From positions 2,992 to 66,991 of the forward strand of contig CAIZWU010000201.1 of the NCBI GenBank assembly GCA_903936775.1: DNA of 64,000 nt. The letters run 5' to 3'. Below the pieces are notes generated by a model that saw only the letters and a program-made list of their open reading frames with translations, was not told where the DNA came from and did no database searches. The translations under genes and the position numbers were made by a program. Positions 49,656-61,403 of the stretch are shown here, one piece after another (position 1 is the first letter of the stretch; each line of letters opens with the position of its first letter). This DNA comes from an uncultured bacterium. GTDB lineage: Bacteria; Verrucomicrobiota; Verrucomicrobiia; Verrucomicrobiales; V1-33.

Positions 49656-51778
49656 GCGTTCTGGCCATTTTCAATTTCAAGCTGTTGGGATTGGCCATCA
49701 TTTCCATGGTGATGGTGCTAGGAGTGGCGGTAAGCCAGTTGTTCAAAACCCGGCAATTCATCCAAATGCTCTCGCAGTCCCATCAGCGGACCATGGATTT
49801 CCGCATGGTCCGCACCTATCTGCTGGATGCGGAAACGTCGCAGAGGGGCTTTCTCCTGACCGGCAGCGAGGAATACCTGATTCCGTGGGAGCGCACCCGC
49901 CGGGAATTCACCCCCCACATGCAGAAGCTCGGTCAGATCGTTCCGGAAAATCCCGCCCAGGCCGGGCGGGTTACCGAGCTCCAGTCCGTGGCTGCTGCCA
50001 AAATGGAGGAACTGGAGGCCACCATTCAACTGCGCCGGAAGCAGGGCATGCAGGCAATTCTGCCAGCGGTGGATTTTGCGGCCGGGCTCGCTCTGATGGA
50101 CCGGGCGCGGGCCATCGTGGATGAAGCCCTCGCGGAGGAATCCGGACTTCAGCAGGTGATGCAGCAACGCCAGATGCGCGGGGTGTGGGTCACGACCTTT
50201 CTGATCATCGCCAGCGCTCTGCTCTGTCTGGCCGCCGGGGCGAATGCTTTTCTGCTGTTCCAGAAAGCGATCAAGGCCACCCGGCTCCAGCGCCGCGCCC
50301 TGATCCAGCGCCGCCGCGCCATGAATGCCGACCGCGAAAAAAATCTCTTCATGGCCAACATGAGCCATGAAATCCGCACGCCCATGAATGCCATCATCGG
50401 GTTTTCCCAACTGCTGCGGGACGAAGTGGAAAGCCCCCGCGCCAGCCATTACGTCAACGCCATCGCCACCGCCGGGGAAAATCTGCTCAGCCTGATCAAC
50501 GACGTGCTCGACCTCTCCAAAATCGAGGCCGGGCGGGTGGAATTGAAGCCGGAAGTGATTGATCTCCGCGAAGTGGTGCAGAATCTGCAGCTGATGCTCA
50601 CTCAACGCGCCTCCGCCAAGGGTCTGCAGCTCCTGACCGAAGTCGACGAGGCTCTGCCCTCGTGGCTGGTGCTGGACCCGCTGCGCTTGCGGCAGATGCT
50701 GCTGAACCTGATGGGGAATGCGATCAAATTCACCAACGCGGGCCATGTCTCCCTGAAAGTGCGTCCCGAAACCCAGCCCGGGGTGACGGATTCCCTGACC
50801 CTCGTCATGGAGGTGTCGGATACCGGCCGTGGCATCGCCCCGGCTGATCTGGAATTGATTTTCAAGCCCTTCCGGCAAGGCCGCCAACAAAGTACCGAGG
50901 TGGTGGAAGGCACTGGTCTGGGCCTCAGTATCACCCGGCGACTGGTCCGCCTGATGGGAGGGAACGTCACCGCGGTCAGCGAAGTGGGAACCGGGAGCAC
51001 CTTCACCCTGATCCTGCCCAACGTGAAGTTGGCGGTCATCGGTCCCCGGGCCACGACCGTGGATGCGGATGCCATCAGTCTCGACACCCTGCCGCGCATG
51101 AAGGTGCTTATCGTGGATGACAATGCGCATAACCGCGAGGTGATGGGCGCATTTTTCCTGAACACCCACCACGAAATAGTCTTCGCCAGCAACGGTCTGG
51201 AGGCCGTGGAGCAAGCGGTCAGGACCACGCCGGATCTCATCCTGATGGACATCCGGATGCCGCGGCTGGATGGGCGCGAAGCCACCGAACTGCTGCGCCG
51301 TCACGAGGCCCTGGCCCATACCCCGGTCATCGCAGTCACCGCCTCCAGCCTCGCTGATTCCCGGAACAATGCCCGGGCCGTCTTCAATGGTTATCTGAGG
51401 AAGCCATTCCTGCGTCCTGAATTGGTGAACGCGATCCGTCTGGCCATGGCCTCTTCCGCCGCCGCTGGAAAGCCTTCCCCCGCCGACCGGCCGACCGGTC
51501 CGGCCCTGCCGCTGCCGGAGCACGCGGCCGCGCAACTCCGGCACCTGTACGAGGAACGCTGGCCCCTCCTGACCCGCACCATGGCGGTGCGCGCCATCCG
51601 TGCCTTTGCCGATGAGTTGGAAACGATCTCCAACGCCCATTCCTGCCCGAGCCTGCGCGACTATGCCGCTACCCTGAAGCACCAGGCCGCCACCTTTCAG
51701 ATTTCCTGCATGGAAAAATCCCTCGCCGATTTCCCCGCTCTTGTGGAAATCCTTTGTCCCCCCCCACCCGTGCCATGA
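49634..51778 (+). CDS. hybrid sensor histidine kinase: CHASE3 - HisKA - HATPase_c - REC - HPt-like
   Basis: 714 aa. An N-terminal TM is followed by a CHASE3-like region (DAETSQRGFLLTGSEEYL). The H-box is ANMSHEIRTPMNAIIGF and the G-boxes are DTGRGI/GTGLGLSI. The REC domain carries VLIVDDNAHN...LILMDIRMPRLDG, and the helical C-terminus is HPt-like. Confidence 0.9.
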   Translation: MSPKPVSRVLAIFNFKLLGLAIISMVMVLGVAVSQLFKTRQFIQMLSQSHQRTMDFRMVRTYLLDAETSQRGFLLTGSEEYLIPWERTRREFTPHMQKLGQIVPENPAQAGRVTELQSVAAAKMEELEATIQLRRKQGMQAILPAVDFAAGLALMDRARAIVDEALAEESGLQQVMQQRQMRGVWVTTFLIIASALLCLAAGANAFLLFQKAIKATRLQRRALIQRRRAMNADREKNLFMANMSHEIRTPMNAIIGFSQLLRDEVESPRASHYVNAIATAGENLLSLINDVLDLSKIEAGRVELKPEVIDLREVVQNLQLMLTQRASAKGLQLLTEVDEALPSWLVLDPLRLRQMLLNLMGNAIKFTNAGHVSLKVRPETQPGVTDSLTLVMEVSDTGRGIAPADLELIFKPFRQGRQQSTEVVEGTGLGLSITRRLVRLMGGNVTAVSEVGTGSTFTLILPNVKLAVIGPRATTVDADAISLDTLPRMKVLIVDDNAHNREVMGAFFLNTHHEIVFASNGLEAVEQAVRTTPDLILMDIRMPRLDGREATELLRRHEALAHTPVIAVTASSLADSRNNARAVFNGYLRKPFLRPELVNAIRLAMASSAAAGKPSPADRPTGPALPLPEHAAAQLRHLYEERWPLLTRTMAVRAIRAFADELETISNAHSCPSLRDYAATLKHQAATFQISCMEKSLADFPALVEILCPPPPVP

Positions 51779-52887
51779 ACTCCTGCCCTTCCGCCAACTT
51801 CGTCCCTCCCACCATCCTCGTCGTCGACGACCAGGAGCCCAACGTCCAACTGGTCTGCGGGTTTCTCCTCGATGAGGGTTATGAAGTCGTCCCTGCCTCG
51901 AGCGGGCCGCAAGCCCTTGAACGCATCGCCTCGCAGCTGCCAGACCTCATCCTGATGGATGTGCTGATGCCCGGCATGGATGGCTTCGCCCTCTGCGAGC
52001 GGGTGCGTCTCCTCCCTGAATGTGCTGCCATTCCGGTCATCTTCCTGTCGGCTGCGGATGAATCGGAATTTATTGTCAGGGCCCTGGAAAGCGGCGGAGT
52101 TGATTATATCATCAAACCCTTCCGTAAAGCCGAACTGATTGCCCGCGTGCGCAGCCATCTGGCGTTGAAAACCTCCCGCGACAAGCTCGCCCGGCTCCTC
52201 TGCGAAAAGGATGAGCTGATGGCCGTGCTCGCCCACGATTTGAAGAATCCCCTGACGGCCATCAGCCTCGGGGTGCAGACCCTGCAAAGTAAAACCGACC
52301 CAGATCCCGCCTTTCTCGCCAGGGTGACCGGCAACATCGAATCCACCGTGAACCAGATGCGGACCACTATCGAGACCCTGCTGTCCGAGAAGGCCGCCGA
52401 ACGGGCGGAATTTCCCCTCACTTATCAGCCGATCAATCTTCAGGCCGCCCTCAAGGATGCCGCCGCCGCCCTGCGCAGTGCCGCCGCCGTCAAGCAGATC
52501 AAACTGGAAGTGGAGGTTCCCCAGACCTCCATCATTGTCCTGGCCGATGCTCACGCCCTGCGGCATATCCTGGACAACCTTTTTTCCAACGCGATCAAGT
52601 TTTCCCCCCGTGGCAGCACGGTCATCCTGTCCGCGCAGGAGCACGCGGATGCAATGCCGGCGGTCACCGTGGCGGATCAGGGACCGGGGCTGACTCCTGC
52701 GGACATGGAGGGCCTCTTCCAGAAATACAGCCGCCTGAGCGCCCGGCCTACCGGCGGGGAAAGCTCCACCGGCTTGGGTCTAGCCATCGTCAAAATGCTT
52801 GCTGAACGGATGAGCGGCACCATCAATGGCGAAAACCGGCCGGATGGTCCGGGCGCGCTGTTCACCCTCTGCCTTCCTCCTGCCTGA
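51775..52887 (+). CDS. response-regulator receiver fused to histidine kinase (REC - HisKA - HATPase_c)
   Basis: The ATG at 51775 overlaps the upstream TGA (ATGA). REC carries [10 protein letters not shown]...[13 protein letters not shown]. The H-box is [12 protein letters not shown] and the ATPase blocks are DQGPGL and STGLGLAIV. Confidence 0.9.
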   Translation: MNSCPSANFVPPTILVVDDQEPNVQLVCGFLLDEGYEVVPASSGPQALERIASQLPDLILMDVLMPGMDGFALCERVRLLPECAAIPVIFLSAADESEFIVRALESGGVDYIIKPFRKAELIARVRSHLALKTSRDKLARLLCEKDELMAVLAHDLKNPLTAISLGVQTLQSKTDPDPAFLARVTGNIESTVNQMRTTIETLLSEKAAERAEFPLTYQPINLQAALKDAAAALRSAAAVKQIKLEVEVPQTSIIVLADAHALRHILDNLFSNAIKFSPRGSTVILSAQEHADAMPAVTVADQGPGLTPADMEGLFQKYSRLSARPTGGESSTGLGLAIVKMLAERMSGTINGENRPDGPGALFTLCLPPA

Positions 52888-52915
52888 CCGGAACGATTGC
52901 AACACTTTCCCATCT

Positions 52916-54262
52916 ATGGACATTCTCATTATTGACGACGATCGATCCATCCGCGAGGCCACGCTGATGGCGGTCGAAAGTTTGGAGCACTACGGCGAGG
53001 CCGTGGAGAACAGCGAGCTAGGCCTGCGGCGGCTGAAGGAGGACAAGTTTGATCTGGTGATTCTCGATCTGATGCTGGGCGATCAGGACGGACTGGAAGT
53101 GCTGACTGCCATCAAAAAGCAGAATCCCTCACAGGCGGTCGTGATGTTTACGGCGCAGGCCTCGATTGCCACGGCGGTGGAGGCCACCCGGCGTGGGGCG
53201 ATTGATTTCATCGAGAAGCCCTTCCATCTGGCACGGCTCCGTCACGTGCTGGCCCTGGCTCAGAAAACCCGCCATCTCGAAACCCGCGTCGCGGAACTGG
53301 AGACGGAGATCCAAGCCCATCATGTCGAACCCCGGTTCCAGTCCCAGGATCCTTCCGTGCAGGCCCTGCTGGAGCTTTTGTTCCGTGCCGCAGAATCCAC
53401 CGCCAGCATCCTGATCCTGGGTCCCAGCGGCACCGGCAAAAGTGTCGCTGCCCGGGCCGTTCATGCGGCCAGCCATCTGCGGGACAAACCATTCGTGACC
53501 GTGAGTTGTCCCAGCCTCTCCAAGGAGTTGTTGGAAAGTGATCTCTTCGGCCACGTCAAAGGAGCCTTTACCGGTGCCATCAAGGATCACTGGGGCAAAG
53601 TGAAGGCGGCGGAAGGAGGGACCCTGTTTCTGGATGAAATCGGGGAACTGCCCCTCGAGCTTCAACCTAAATTGCTGCGCCTGCTCCAGGAGCGCGAGTA
53701 CGAACGTCTCGGCGAAAACAAAACCCGCCCTGCGGATGTGCGCATCATCGCGGCCACCAACCGGGACATTGAAAAGGAGGTCGCCGCCGGCCGGTTCCGG
53801 GAGGATTTGTTTTACCGCCTGAATGTGATCAGCGTTTCCATGCCCTCGCTGCGGGACCGCCCCGCCGACGTCCTCGCCTTTGCCGAAAACAATCTCAAAT
53901 TTTTTGCCGGCCAGTTGAAACGGAAAGTAACCGGCTTTTCCGCCGACGCCCGGCGCTGCCTTCTGGCCTACCCCTGGCCGGGCAATCTCCGTGAATTGCG
54001 TAACTGCATTGAGCGGGCCGTGATTCTGTCCAAGGGTCTCGAAATTGCTCCTGCAGACCTGCCCATTCATGTGCAGGGCGGGCATCAGGTGGGCCATGTC
54101 CCGGGTGTTCCGCTGGTGGGTTCCATGATGACCCTGGAAGCGCTGGAGCGTGAACACATCAGGCGCGTGGTCGAAGCCACCCCCACAATACAGGAGGCTG
54201 CCCGCGTCCTTGGTATCGATGCGGCCACCATTTACCGCAAGCGTCGTAAAACCGAAGGCTGA
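52916..54262 (+). CDS. sigma54-dependent response regulator (NtrC family)
   Basis: Start at the ATG at 52916 ([15 protein letters not shown]...[14 protein letters not shown]). The AAA+ Walker A is GPSGTGKS and the sigma54-contact loop is GAFTGA. Other blocks are [12 protein letters not shown] and RIIAATNRD. The C-terminal Fis-type HTH is [21 protein letters not shown]. Confidence 0.92.
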   Translation: MDILIIDDDRSIREATLMAVESLEHYGEAVENSELGLRRLKEDKFDLVILDLMLGDQDGLEVLTAIKKQNPSQAVVMFTAQASIATAVEATRRGAIDFIEKPFHLARLRHVLALAQKTRHLETRVAELETEIQAHHVEPRFQSQDPSVQALLELLFRAAESTASILILGPSGTGKSVAARAVHAASHLRDKPFVTVSCPSLSKELLESDLFGHVKGAFTGAIKDHWGKVKAAEGGTLFLDEIGELPLELQPKLLRLLQEREYERLGENKTRPADVRIIAATNRDIEKEVAAGRFREDLFYRLNVISVSMPSLRDRPADVLAFAENNLKFFAGQLKRKVTGFSADARRCLLAYPWPGNLRELRNCIERAVILSKGLEIAPADLPIHVQGGHQVGHVPGVPLVGSMMTLEALEREHIRRVVEATPTIQEAARVLGIDAATIYRKRRKTEG

Positions 54263-54284
54263 CCCCCGATGCCGTTGTTATCCC

Positions 54285-54890
54285 ATGATTGAACTTGATC
54301 TCCTCACTACCCACGCCGACCGCGCCTACCCGATTCTGGCCGGTCTCGTCACGCCCCGGCCCATCGCCTGGGTCACTACCCTGAATGAAGATGGGACGGT
54401 AAATGCCGCCCCGTTTTCCTTCTTCAACGTCTTCGGGGCGGAGCCTCCTCTCGTCATCTTTGCACCGGGAGACCGCGATGACGGTTCTCCAAAAGACACC
54501 GCCCGCAACTGCCGCCGCACCGGTGAGTTTGTCGTCAATCTGGTGGACGAGGCCCTCGCCGAAGCCATGGTCCGTACTGCTGCTTCTGTCCCTTATGGTG
54601 AAAGCGAAACCAAACGGGAAAAGCTGGCCACGTCGCCCTCCACCACGGTGGGCCCGCCCCGGATTAAAGCGGCTCCTGCCGCCCTGGAATGCAATGTCCA
54701 CTCCATCCAGCAGATCGGGGAGAACCGCCTGATCCTTGGGATCGTCCACCGGGTCCATGTCCGGAAGTCCTTCTACGACGCCAAAACCCAGCGTATCCGA
54801 GGCGAAAAATTCCACCCCATCGGCCGCATGGCTGTCCCTGACTGGTATTGCCGCACCGGGGATTTGTTCGAACTGAAGCGGCCGGAGTGA
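54285..54890 (+). CDS. flavin reductase-like domain protein
   Basis: Start at the ATG at 54285. LVTPRPIAWVTTLNEDGTVNAAPFSFFN is typical of the flavin_reduct family. Length ~200 aa. Confidence 0.85.
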   Translation: MIELDLLTTHADRAYPILAGLVTPRPIAWVTTLNEDGTVNAAPFSFFNVFGAEPPLVIFAPGDRDDGSPKDTARNCRRTGEFVVNLVDEALAEAMVRTAASVPYGESETKREKLATSPSTTVGPPRIKAAPAALECNVHSIQQIGENRLILGIVHRVHVRKSFYDAKTQRIRGEKFHPIGRMAVPDWYCRTGDLFELKRPE

Positions 54891-54897
54891 GGCCGGG

Positions 54898-55806
54898 TCA
54901 ACTCCCCGGCCTTTTTCCGTAAGGCCGTGGTTTCGTCGGATGTTGTTTCCGGTCCTGTTCGATCAGAAAGTCAATCCAGTCCGGATCTGCTGACATGGCC
55001 GTGCCTTGGTAGCCCCAGATCTGATTCAGTCCCAAAGGAAAAATCGCGGCACCGCCCACGGTGACGTTGATGCCCAGCAGTTCACCGGCTTCGCCGATCA
55101 GGGGGCCGCCGCTATCACCGGGAGCCATGGGCGCGGTATGTCCAATTTCGCGCCAACGGGCTCCGTCTGGTGTTTGCTGGATGGACCCCAGATAGTTGAT
55201 TTTTCCTCCACTGGTGCCGTAGGCCAGCTGAGGAAGGCCATGGGAACCGAACCCACAGGTCAGCACGGCCCCGCCGGGGAGGGCTGTCATCGTTGGTGTC
55301 AGGGTATCGTAGGGCCGCACCGGGGCGTGGATGAGCGCGAGGTCAGGACCGTCGTTGGCATAATCGCCCCGCCAGACGACGCGGGCTTTGGCTGCGGTCA
55401 TTCCCTCGGATTGGTTCAAGGCAATCAGGGTGCACTGGGGGGCGTCTTCGACACAATGGGCTGCCGTCAGGAAATAACCGTCTCTGGAAAGGGCCGCCGC
55501 CGCACCTATCGTTAGTTTTTTCGCCGTGGCGAACTCCACGCTGAGCTTGTGGACTTGGTCCGGCTGGATGCTGAGTTTGATTTTGGGTTCAATATCCGGG
55601 GGCAGCAGAATCGCTATCCGGCCGGCCCCGAAATCGGCGGGGGATTGGCCCCTGATGGATTTATCCTTCCAAAAATCCATGCTGGCCGGACGCCGTTTAT
55701 TCAGGAACGACGTGATTCTGATCCGTTGCTGGTCCGTGTCCGGGACGCCATGGCAGGAGACGCCCAGGAGCGCGCCGACGACAAGAAGCAGGGAGGAAAA
55801 GTGCAT
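54898..55806 (-). CDS. secreted trypsin-like serine protease
   Basis: 302 aa with a signal peptide. The catalytic triad context is LTAAHCV (His), GPDLALIH (Asp) and GDSGGPLI (Ser). Confidence 0.85.
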   Translation of the reverse strand: MHFSSLLLVVGALLGVSCHGVPDTDQQRIRITSFLNKRRPASMDFWKDKSIRGQSPADFGAGRIAILLPPDIEPKIKLSIQPDQVHKLSVEFATAKKLTIGAAAALSRDGYFLTAAHCVEDAPQCTLIALNQSEGMTAAKARVVWRGDYANDGPDLALIHAPVRPYDTLTPTMTALPGGAVLTCGFGSHGLPQLAYGTSGGKINYLGSIQQTPDGARWREIGHTAPMAPGDSGGPLIGEAGELLGINVTVGGAAIFPLGLNQIWGYQGTAMSADPDWIDFLIEQDRKQHPTKPRPYGKRPGS

Positions 55807-55829
55807 CTTGAGAGGACGGGGAGGGGACT

Positions 55830-57884
55830 TCAGCGTTCAGTTTTCCCAAGCGCCGGAGTGACGGCGGCGAGGGCGCAGGGACAGGCCTGGATAAAGTGGC
55901 CGGGAGAGACTTCGTGGGGGGAGGGATCGCAAGTCAGGGAAGCCTGGTAGTTGGCGCATTGGACCCGGTGGCCGAAGGTGCAGCCGGGGGGCGGGTGGAT
56001 CGGACTGGGAATGTCGCCTGACAACAGAGGCCGCGGGCTGGTGCGGGTAAAGTCGCCCTCGGGAATGGCGGCAATCAGGGCCTTGGTGTAGGGATGGCGC
56101 GGGTTTTGATACACCTCGTCCGCCGGGCCGGTCTCGACGATCCTGCCGAGATACATGATGGCGATGCGGTCGCTGATGTGTTTTACGACGGCAAGGTTGT
56201 GCGCGATGAAAAGGTAGCTCAGACCGAGTTCCTTCTGAAGATCGAGGAGGAGGTTGATGACCTGGCTTTGGACGGAGACATCCAGAGCGGAAACCGGTTC
56301 GTCGCAGACGATGAGTTTGGGTTTCAGGGCAATGGCGCGGGCAATGCCGATGCGTTGACGCTGGCCGCCGGAGAACTCGAAGGGGAATTTGTTGGCGGCC
56401 CCGGCGGGGAGGCCGACTTTTTCCAGCAATTCAGCGACCCAGGTCCGGCGTTCTGCCGGAGTTCCCATGCGGTGGATGATGAAGGGTTCCTCCAAAATGG
56501 TGCCGACGGTGTGGCGGGAGTTCAGGGACTCGGCGGGGTCCTGGAAGATCATCTGGAGATCCCGCCGGTGTGGCTTGAGGACGCGGGGACCGGCGTTGGT
56601 GAGGTCAATGCCCTGGAAGGTGAGGGTGCCGCCGGTGGGCTGGTGGAGGCGGACGATGGCTTTGCCAAGGGTGGTTTTGCCACAGCCGGATTCGCCGATC
56701 AGGCCGAGGGTTTCGCCGGCTTGGAGAGTCAGGGAAACTTCATCGACAGCCTTCACACTGGCGCTGGTGCGCTGGAACACCCCGGTTTTGACAGGAAAGA
56801 AAACGCGCAGGTTTTTAACCTCCAGCAGCGGCTTTTGCTGATGGGCAGGCTTGGGAGCAACGGGTGCCAAAGGTCCAGTTTCACCCATCAATCCTGCCTC
56901 TCCGGTTCCGGAACCACTGCAACGCGGACAGGCTTCGATGAAGTGGTGCGGAGCCGCTTCGATGAAGGGCGGGCGGACTGTCAGGGTAGGGGAATCGGCC
57001 GGAGCGCCATTGCGGGGGCAGAACCGGCAGCCCGCGGGCATGAGGTGCAACGGCGGCACGGTGCCGGGAATGGTGCGCAGGCGGCTGCGGCGCGGGGTGC
57101 TGAGACGGGGAATAGAGGCCAGCAGGCCGCGGGTGTAGGCGTGGCGGGGATGGGAAAAAAGATCGCGCACCGGAGCCTGTTCCACCACGCGGCCCGCATA
57201 CATGACGACGACTTCGTCGCAGGTCTCTGCGATGACGCCGAGGTCGTGGGTGATGAGGAGCAGGCCCATGCCCATCTCTTTTTGCAGGTCCTTCATCAAG
57301 GCCAGGATCTGAGCCTGGACGGTGACGTCGAGCGCGGTGGTGGGTTCGTCCGCGATCACCAGTTTGGGTTTCAGCGCGATGGCCATGGCGATGACGACGC
57401 GCTGTTTCATCCCGCCGCTGAGTTGGTGCGGGTAGTCCATGGCGCGCTGTTCCGGCTCGGGGATACCGACTTTTTCCAGCAGGGCGATGGATTGGTCCCA
57501 AGCCTGTTTTTTGGAGCAGCGCGTGTGGAGGAGGAAGACCTCGCTGAGCTGGCGGCCGATGCGGTGCACCGGGTTCAGTGCGGCCATGGGTTCCTGGAAA
57601 ATCATGCCGATATCGCGGCCCCGGATGGCGCGGAGTTCGTCGTCCGGGATTTGGGTGAGATCCTTGCCGTCGAAGCGGATGGAGCCTGACAGGATGCGGC
57701 CGGAGGGCTGGGGCAGCAGGCGGTTGATGGAGAAGGCCGTGACGCTTTTACCGCAGCCCGATTCGCCGACGAGGCCGACCGTCTGGCCGGGTTCGATAGA
57801 GAAGGAGACGCCGTCAACAGCCGTGAGCAAGCCTTCGTCCGTTTGGAAGGCCGTGGTCAGGTTTTGGACGGATAGCAGGGGCAT
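55830..57884 (-). CDS. fused double-ATPase of an Opp/Dpp-type ABC importer (YejF-like)
   Basis: 684 aa with two complete NBDs. The Walker A motifs are [11 protein letters not shown] and [11 protein letters not shown]. The signatures are LSGGMKQR and FSGGQRQR. Each half ends in a Cys-rich block (CRFC...CPRC; GCTF..C..C...CPC). Confidence 0.9.
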   Translation of the reverse strand: MPLLSVQNLTTAFQTDEGLLTAVDGVSFSIEPGQTVGLVGESGCGKSVTAFSINRLLPQPSGRILSGSIRFDGKDLTQIPDDELRAIRGRDIGMIFQEPMAALNPVHRIGRQLSEVFLLHTRCSKKQAWDQSIALLEKVGIPEPEQRAMDYPHQLSGGMKQRVVIAMAIALKPKLVIADEPTTALDVTVQAQILALMKDLQKEMGMGLLLITHDLGVIAETCDEVVVMYAGRVVEQAPVRDLFSHPRHAYTRGLLASIPRLSTPRRSRLRTIPGTVPPLHLMPAGCRFCPRNGAPADSPTLTVRPPFIEAAPHHFIEACPRCSGSGTGEAGLMGETGPLAPVAPKPAHQQKPLLEVKNLRVFFPVKTGVFQRTSASVKAVDEVSLTLQAGETLGLIGESGCGKTTLGKAIVRLHQPTGGTLTFQGIDLTNAGPRVLKPHRRDLQMIFQDPAESLNSRHTVGTILEEPFIIHRMGTPAERRTWVAELLEKVGLPAGAANKFPFEFSGGQRQRIGIARAIALKPKLIVCDEPVSALDVSVQSQVINLLLDLQKELGLSYLFIAHNLAVVKHISDRIAIMYLGRIVETGPADEVYQNPRHPYTKALIAAIPEGDFTRTSPRPLLSGDIPSPIHPPPGCTFGHRVQCANYQASLTCDPSPHEVSPGHFIQACPCALAAVTPALGKTER

Positions 57885-57897
57885 GAGGGGGCGGTTT

Positions 57898-59865
57898 TCA
57901 GTTTTCGGTGTTCGCAGGGGAGGCCGGAGTTTTGGCCCGGTATTGGTCGAAGTTCAGATCCTGGACGGGGAAGGTTTTGCCGGTGGTCATGGCTTCGCGG
58001 GTTTCCCGCCGCATATCCTCGTTGACCCAATGAACATGGGCCTGCGCGGGGTTTTCGGAGGCGCGGACATTGAAATCCGCCGGCCAGCGGACCCAACGCC
58101 AATAGACAGTGCGGTGCCAGGGAGTGGCCCAGGCAGGAACGAAGCTGGCCTCCGCGGCAATCATTTCCTCGATGCGGTGTCCCAGCTTTTCCAGATCATC
58201 CAGAGTCTGCGCCTTCTCATGTTGGTCAATCAGGACATCAAGTTCCGGATTGGAGGTCTCCGAGATGTTGTTGGTGTTGGTTTTGACTTTGCGTGAGCCG
58301 TCAGGGTTTTTCTCCTTCTCGTAGGCGTTGTCGGTGTGGAATCCTTCCCAGTATTTGGGATAGGGGGGGATGTGGACCCAGCCGGCCAGGGCGATCTCAT
58401 GCTGCTTCTGCAGGACTTTTTTGAATTGGGCGGAGGGGTCGAGGGATTCAATCCGCAGCTCCACCCCGCACTTGAGCGCCTCCTCCTTGAGGCGCAGGGC
58501 ATAACGCTGTTCCTGGGGACGGCTGCGGATGCCCAGTTCAAAACTCAGGCGCTGGCCGGTGGCCGGGTTCTTGAGAATGCCGTCCGGACCGCGCTCCGTG
58601 AAACCTGCCCCGGCAAAGGCGGCAGTGGCGAGTTCGCGGGAGAAGACCGGAGGCTGCAGCGTGGGATGGGTGAACCGCCCAAAGCCGTCGTTGTTGGTCC
58701 TCATGCGGTCCATTTCCCCTTTCAATTCCACGTCGATGACCCGCTGCATGTTCATGGAGTGCTGCAGGCCGCGGCGCACCCGGACATCGCTGAGAAGCGG
58801 CTTGGAGCAGTTCAGATACAGCCCCTGGCTGGGGCGCGGGTAATCATTATAGAATTGAGCGCGTTCGATCCAGCCATTTTGATAAGCTTCGCCGTCGAGC
58901 TTCTCATTCCAATTCCAGGGCTGGCGGTCCAGGTAGGTATGGTAGAAGTCAAGGCGTCCCGCGAGGAAGGCCTCAAAGGCTTTCTCGGGATTCTGAATGA
59001 CTTCGAATTGGATGGAATCGACGTTGAAACGGTTTTTGTAATACTTCCGGTCTTTGGCCCACCAGTCCCTGACTCTGGTCAGGGTGATGCTGCGGCCGAT
59101 TTTGACATTCTCCGGCAGGATGGTATAAGCCCCGGCGGAAGGGTCCTTGCGCCATTGATAGCGCTGGATGTAATCCGGGCCGAATTCCTTGTAAAACAGG
59201 TGATCCATCGGAGGGATCTGGCTGAAGTAGACCGAGTCGGGCCGGGGTTCGGGCAAGCGGACCGCGAAGGTCAGGTCGTCGTATTTGTCGATGCCGGCAA
59301 ACTTGGTGCTGAAGTAATTCTGGCCATAGGGGTCCTGGGTGTAGGGCGAGAGCTGAATGTAAAACGTCATGAAGAAGTCCGCCGTGGTAATCGGATTGCC
59401 CGTGGTGAAACGCGCGGAGGGATCGATGTGAAAGTAAACCGTTTTGCGGTCCGGACCGAGCGCCCAGCGGTCGCACACTCCCGGAATGTGCTGGCCCGGG
59501 AAGTTGGGGTGGAGATTGGTTTGCGTGAGGTAGATATCGTCGTGGTGCTCGCTTCGGAAAGAACTGTTGGCATCTGGTCCGTAGGGGCGGAGGCACGGTG
59601 GAAAGGAGGCCATGAACCAGCGGATGGAGCCGCCTTTGATCGCTGCTTCGGAACCGATCTCCGGCAGGTCCATCCCGTTTTCCCACTTCAGATCGGCAGG
59701 CAGGTCCGTTAAGGGGAAGGTGCGGAAGAACTCCGGCTTGGACCCGTAGAAGGCGGCAGCTTCGGCCGCGTTGTCGTAGGGAGGGAAGCGGTCATCCGAC
59801 GCAGGAGAGCAGCCGCTCTGCAGGAGCGCCAGTATCAGTAAAAATAGGACCGGCAGGGACTTCAT
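57898..59865 (-). CDS. family-5 extracellular solute-binding lipoprotein (YejA-like peptide-binding protein)
   Basis: Start set at the ATG at 59865: [19 protein letters not shown], which contains a lipobox. The ~655-aa size and SBP_bac_5-like sequence fit, and the gene sits adjacent to Opp/Dpp-type permeases. Confidence 0.9.
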   Translation of the reverse strand: MKSLPVLFLLILALLQSGCSPASDDRFPPYDNAAEAAAFYGSKPEFFRTFPLTDLPADLKWENGMDLPEIGSEAAIKGGSIRWFMASFPPCLRPYGPDANSSFRSEHHDDIYLTQTNLHPNFPGQHIPGVCDRWALGPDRKTVYFHIDPSARFTTGNPITTADFFMTFYIQLSPYTQDPYGQNYFSTKFAGIDKYDDLTFAVRLPEPRPDSVYFSQIPPMDHLFYKEFGPDYIQRYQWRKDPSAGAYTILPENVKIGRSITLTRVRDWWAKDRKYYKNRFNVDSIQFEVIQNPEKAFEAFLAGRLDFYHTYLDRQPWNWNEKLDGEAYQNGWIERAQFYNDYPRPSQGLYLNCSKPLLSDVRVRRGLQHSMNMQRVIDVELKGEMDRMRTNNDGFGRFTHPTLQPPVFSRELATAAFAGAGFTERGPDGILKNPATGQRLSFELGIRSRPQEQRYALRLKEEALKCGVELRIESLDPSAQFKKVLQKQHEIALAGWVHIPPYPKYWEGFHTDNAYEKEKNPDGSRKVKTNTNNISETSNPELDVLIDQHEKAQTLDDLEKLGHRIEEMIAAEASFVPAWATPWHRTVYWRWVRWPADFNVRASENPAQAHVHWVNEDMRRETREAMTTGKTFPVQDLNFDQYRAKTPASPANTEN

Positions 59866-59866
59866 G

Positions 59867-61390
59867 TCAGCGGTAAACGGTGAAGCGTTTGGGATCGAAA
59901 GCCTCGCGGATGGCTTCGCCGACGAAGGTGATGAGGATGAGCGTGACCACGATGGCGGCAAAGGCGCTGTAGAGAATCCAGGGGGCATTCATGTTATCGG
60001 TGCCGTCCTTGAGGAGACTGCCCCAGGAGGGTTCGCCCGGCGGCAGGCCGAAACCGAGGAAATCAAGGGCGGTGAGGGATGCGATGAGGGCCTCCACGGT
60101 GAAGGGCAACTTGGTGACCAGAATTGACAGGATGTTGGGCAGGATGTGGCGGAAAATGATGCGGGTATTGCCCGCTCCCAGCAGACGGGCGGCGGAAACG
60201 TAATCACGGGAGCGCTCGCCGTAGGTGGCTCCGCGTAAATTATAACTGAGGCCCATCCAGGAAAAGGCGGCGAGGACGAGGACGAGCACCACGATGCCAG
60301 GGGACACGGTGCTGCGGATCAGGATCACGATGAAGAGAAATGGCAGGGCGGACCAGATTTCTACGAAGCGCTGGCCAAAAAGGTCGAACTTTCCACCGAG
60401 GTAGCCCATGGCGCAGCCCACCGAAATGCCGAGGGCGAAGACAAAAATGGTGTAAAATCCGGCCGCGGCCCACTGCAGTTGGAACCCGGCGTAGAGCAGG
60501 GCCACGATGTCCGTCCCGCTGGAATCCGTACCCAGGAAGTGCCGCTCCTCGAAATTGGGAGCGACCGGGGGGTAAAGCACCTGACGGATCTCCGTGGATT
60601 CGCGGGCTTGCAGCGCAGGCAGGTCAATGTCCTGTCCCAGCCTGTCCTCACGCACGATTTTTCCATCGGCATACTCGATGCGTTCCACCAGAGTGCCGCT
60701 TTCATCAAAACCGGAGGCAATGCCGTGCAGGATTCCCTGACGCACGCGGTATTCGCGCCGGTGTTGGCCTGGCTTGTCCTTGAAGACGGTGTAGGCGGTG
60801 CCGGAAAAGGCCTTGTTCTTCCTGTCATCATGCAGCGTGCCGCCGGCCAGCCGGGTAATGGCACGGGACTGGGGCGGAGTATCAATCCGTGCGGAATACG
60901 GCACGAGGGGAAGGATGACGCGGCCTCCTCCGGTGGCGTCGAAGACCCGTTTGAGTTCGCGGTAATCGGTTTCCGCTTCATAACCGAGACCAAAGTGCGT
61001 GCCCGGAATGGGATTGGCCCGGAGGAAGGGGAACGACCATTGGCCCTGATAGGAAACGGCGAGGGCCTGCTTGCCGATGATCACATTGTCCAACAGGGCG
61101 AAACCGCTGAGCCCGATCAGAATCAAAAGGGAAACGTAGCCGCGCCGGATCGATTTGAAGCGTTTCCAACGCTTTTGCGACAGGGGATTGGGAGGCCCGG
61201 CGGGCCGCAGGAGAAACCAGACTCCCAGAGCGATCGCTCCCACCCGGAGCAGGGTGCCCCATTGCCAAAAAGCGATCGGCCCGTCGTCCAGCACGCTGTA
61301 TGCTTTAAAAACGGGCACGCGCCAGCCGAGGTGCTGGAAGACCCAGGAAAGCACCGCGGTGATAATGAGAATGAGGCCGGCGGAGCGCAT
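59867..61390 (-). CDS. ABC importer permease (OppC/DppC/YejE-like) with ~200-aa extra periplasmic region
   Basis: 507 aa. The C-terminal ~280 aa are a typical BPD_transp_1 permease core. The N-terminal TM is followed by a long non-hydrophobic insert absent from the ~300-340-aa canonical proteins. Confidence 0.9.
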   Translation of the reverse strand: MRSAGLILIITAVLSWVFQHLGWRVPVFKAYSVLDDGPIAFWQWGTLLRVGAIALGVWFLLRPAGPPNPLSQKRWKRFKSIRRGYVSLLILIGLSGFALLDNVIIGKQALAVSYQGQWSFPFLRANPIPGTHFGLGYEAETDYRELKRVFDATGGGRVILPLVPYSARIDTPPQSRAITRLAGGTLHDDRKNKAFSGTAYTVFKDKPGQHRREYRVRQGILHGIASGFDESGTLVERIEYADGKIVREDRLGQDIDLPALQARESTEIRQVLYPPVAPNFEERHFLGTDSSGTDIVALLYAGFQLQWAAAGFYTIFVFALGISVGCAMGYLGGKFDLFGQRFVEIWSALPFLFIVILIRSTVSPGIVVLVLVLAAFSWMGLSYNLRGATYGERSRDYVSAARLLGAGNTRIIFRHILPNILSILVTKLPFTVEALIASLTALDFLGFGLPPGEPSWGSLLKDGTDNMNAPWILYSAFAAIVVTLILITFVGEAIREAFDPKRFTVYR

Positions 61391-61403
61391 GGCAAGGAGT
61401 CGG

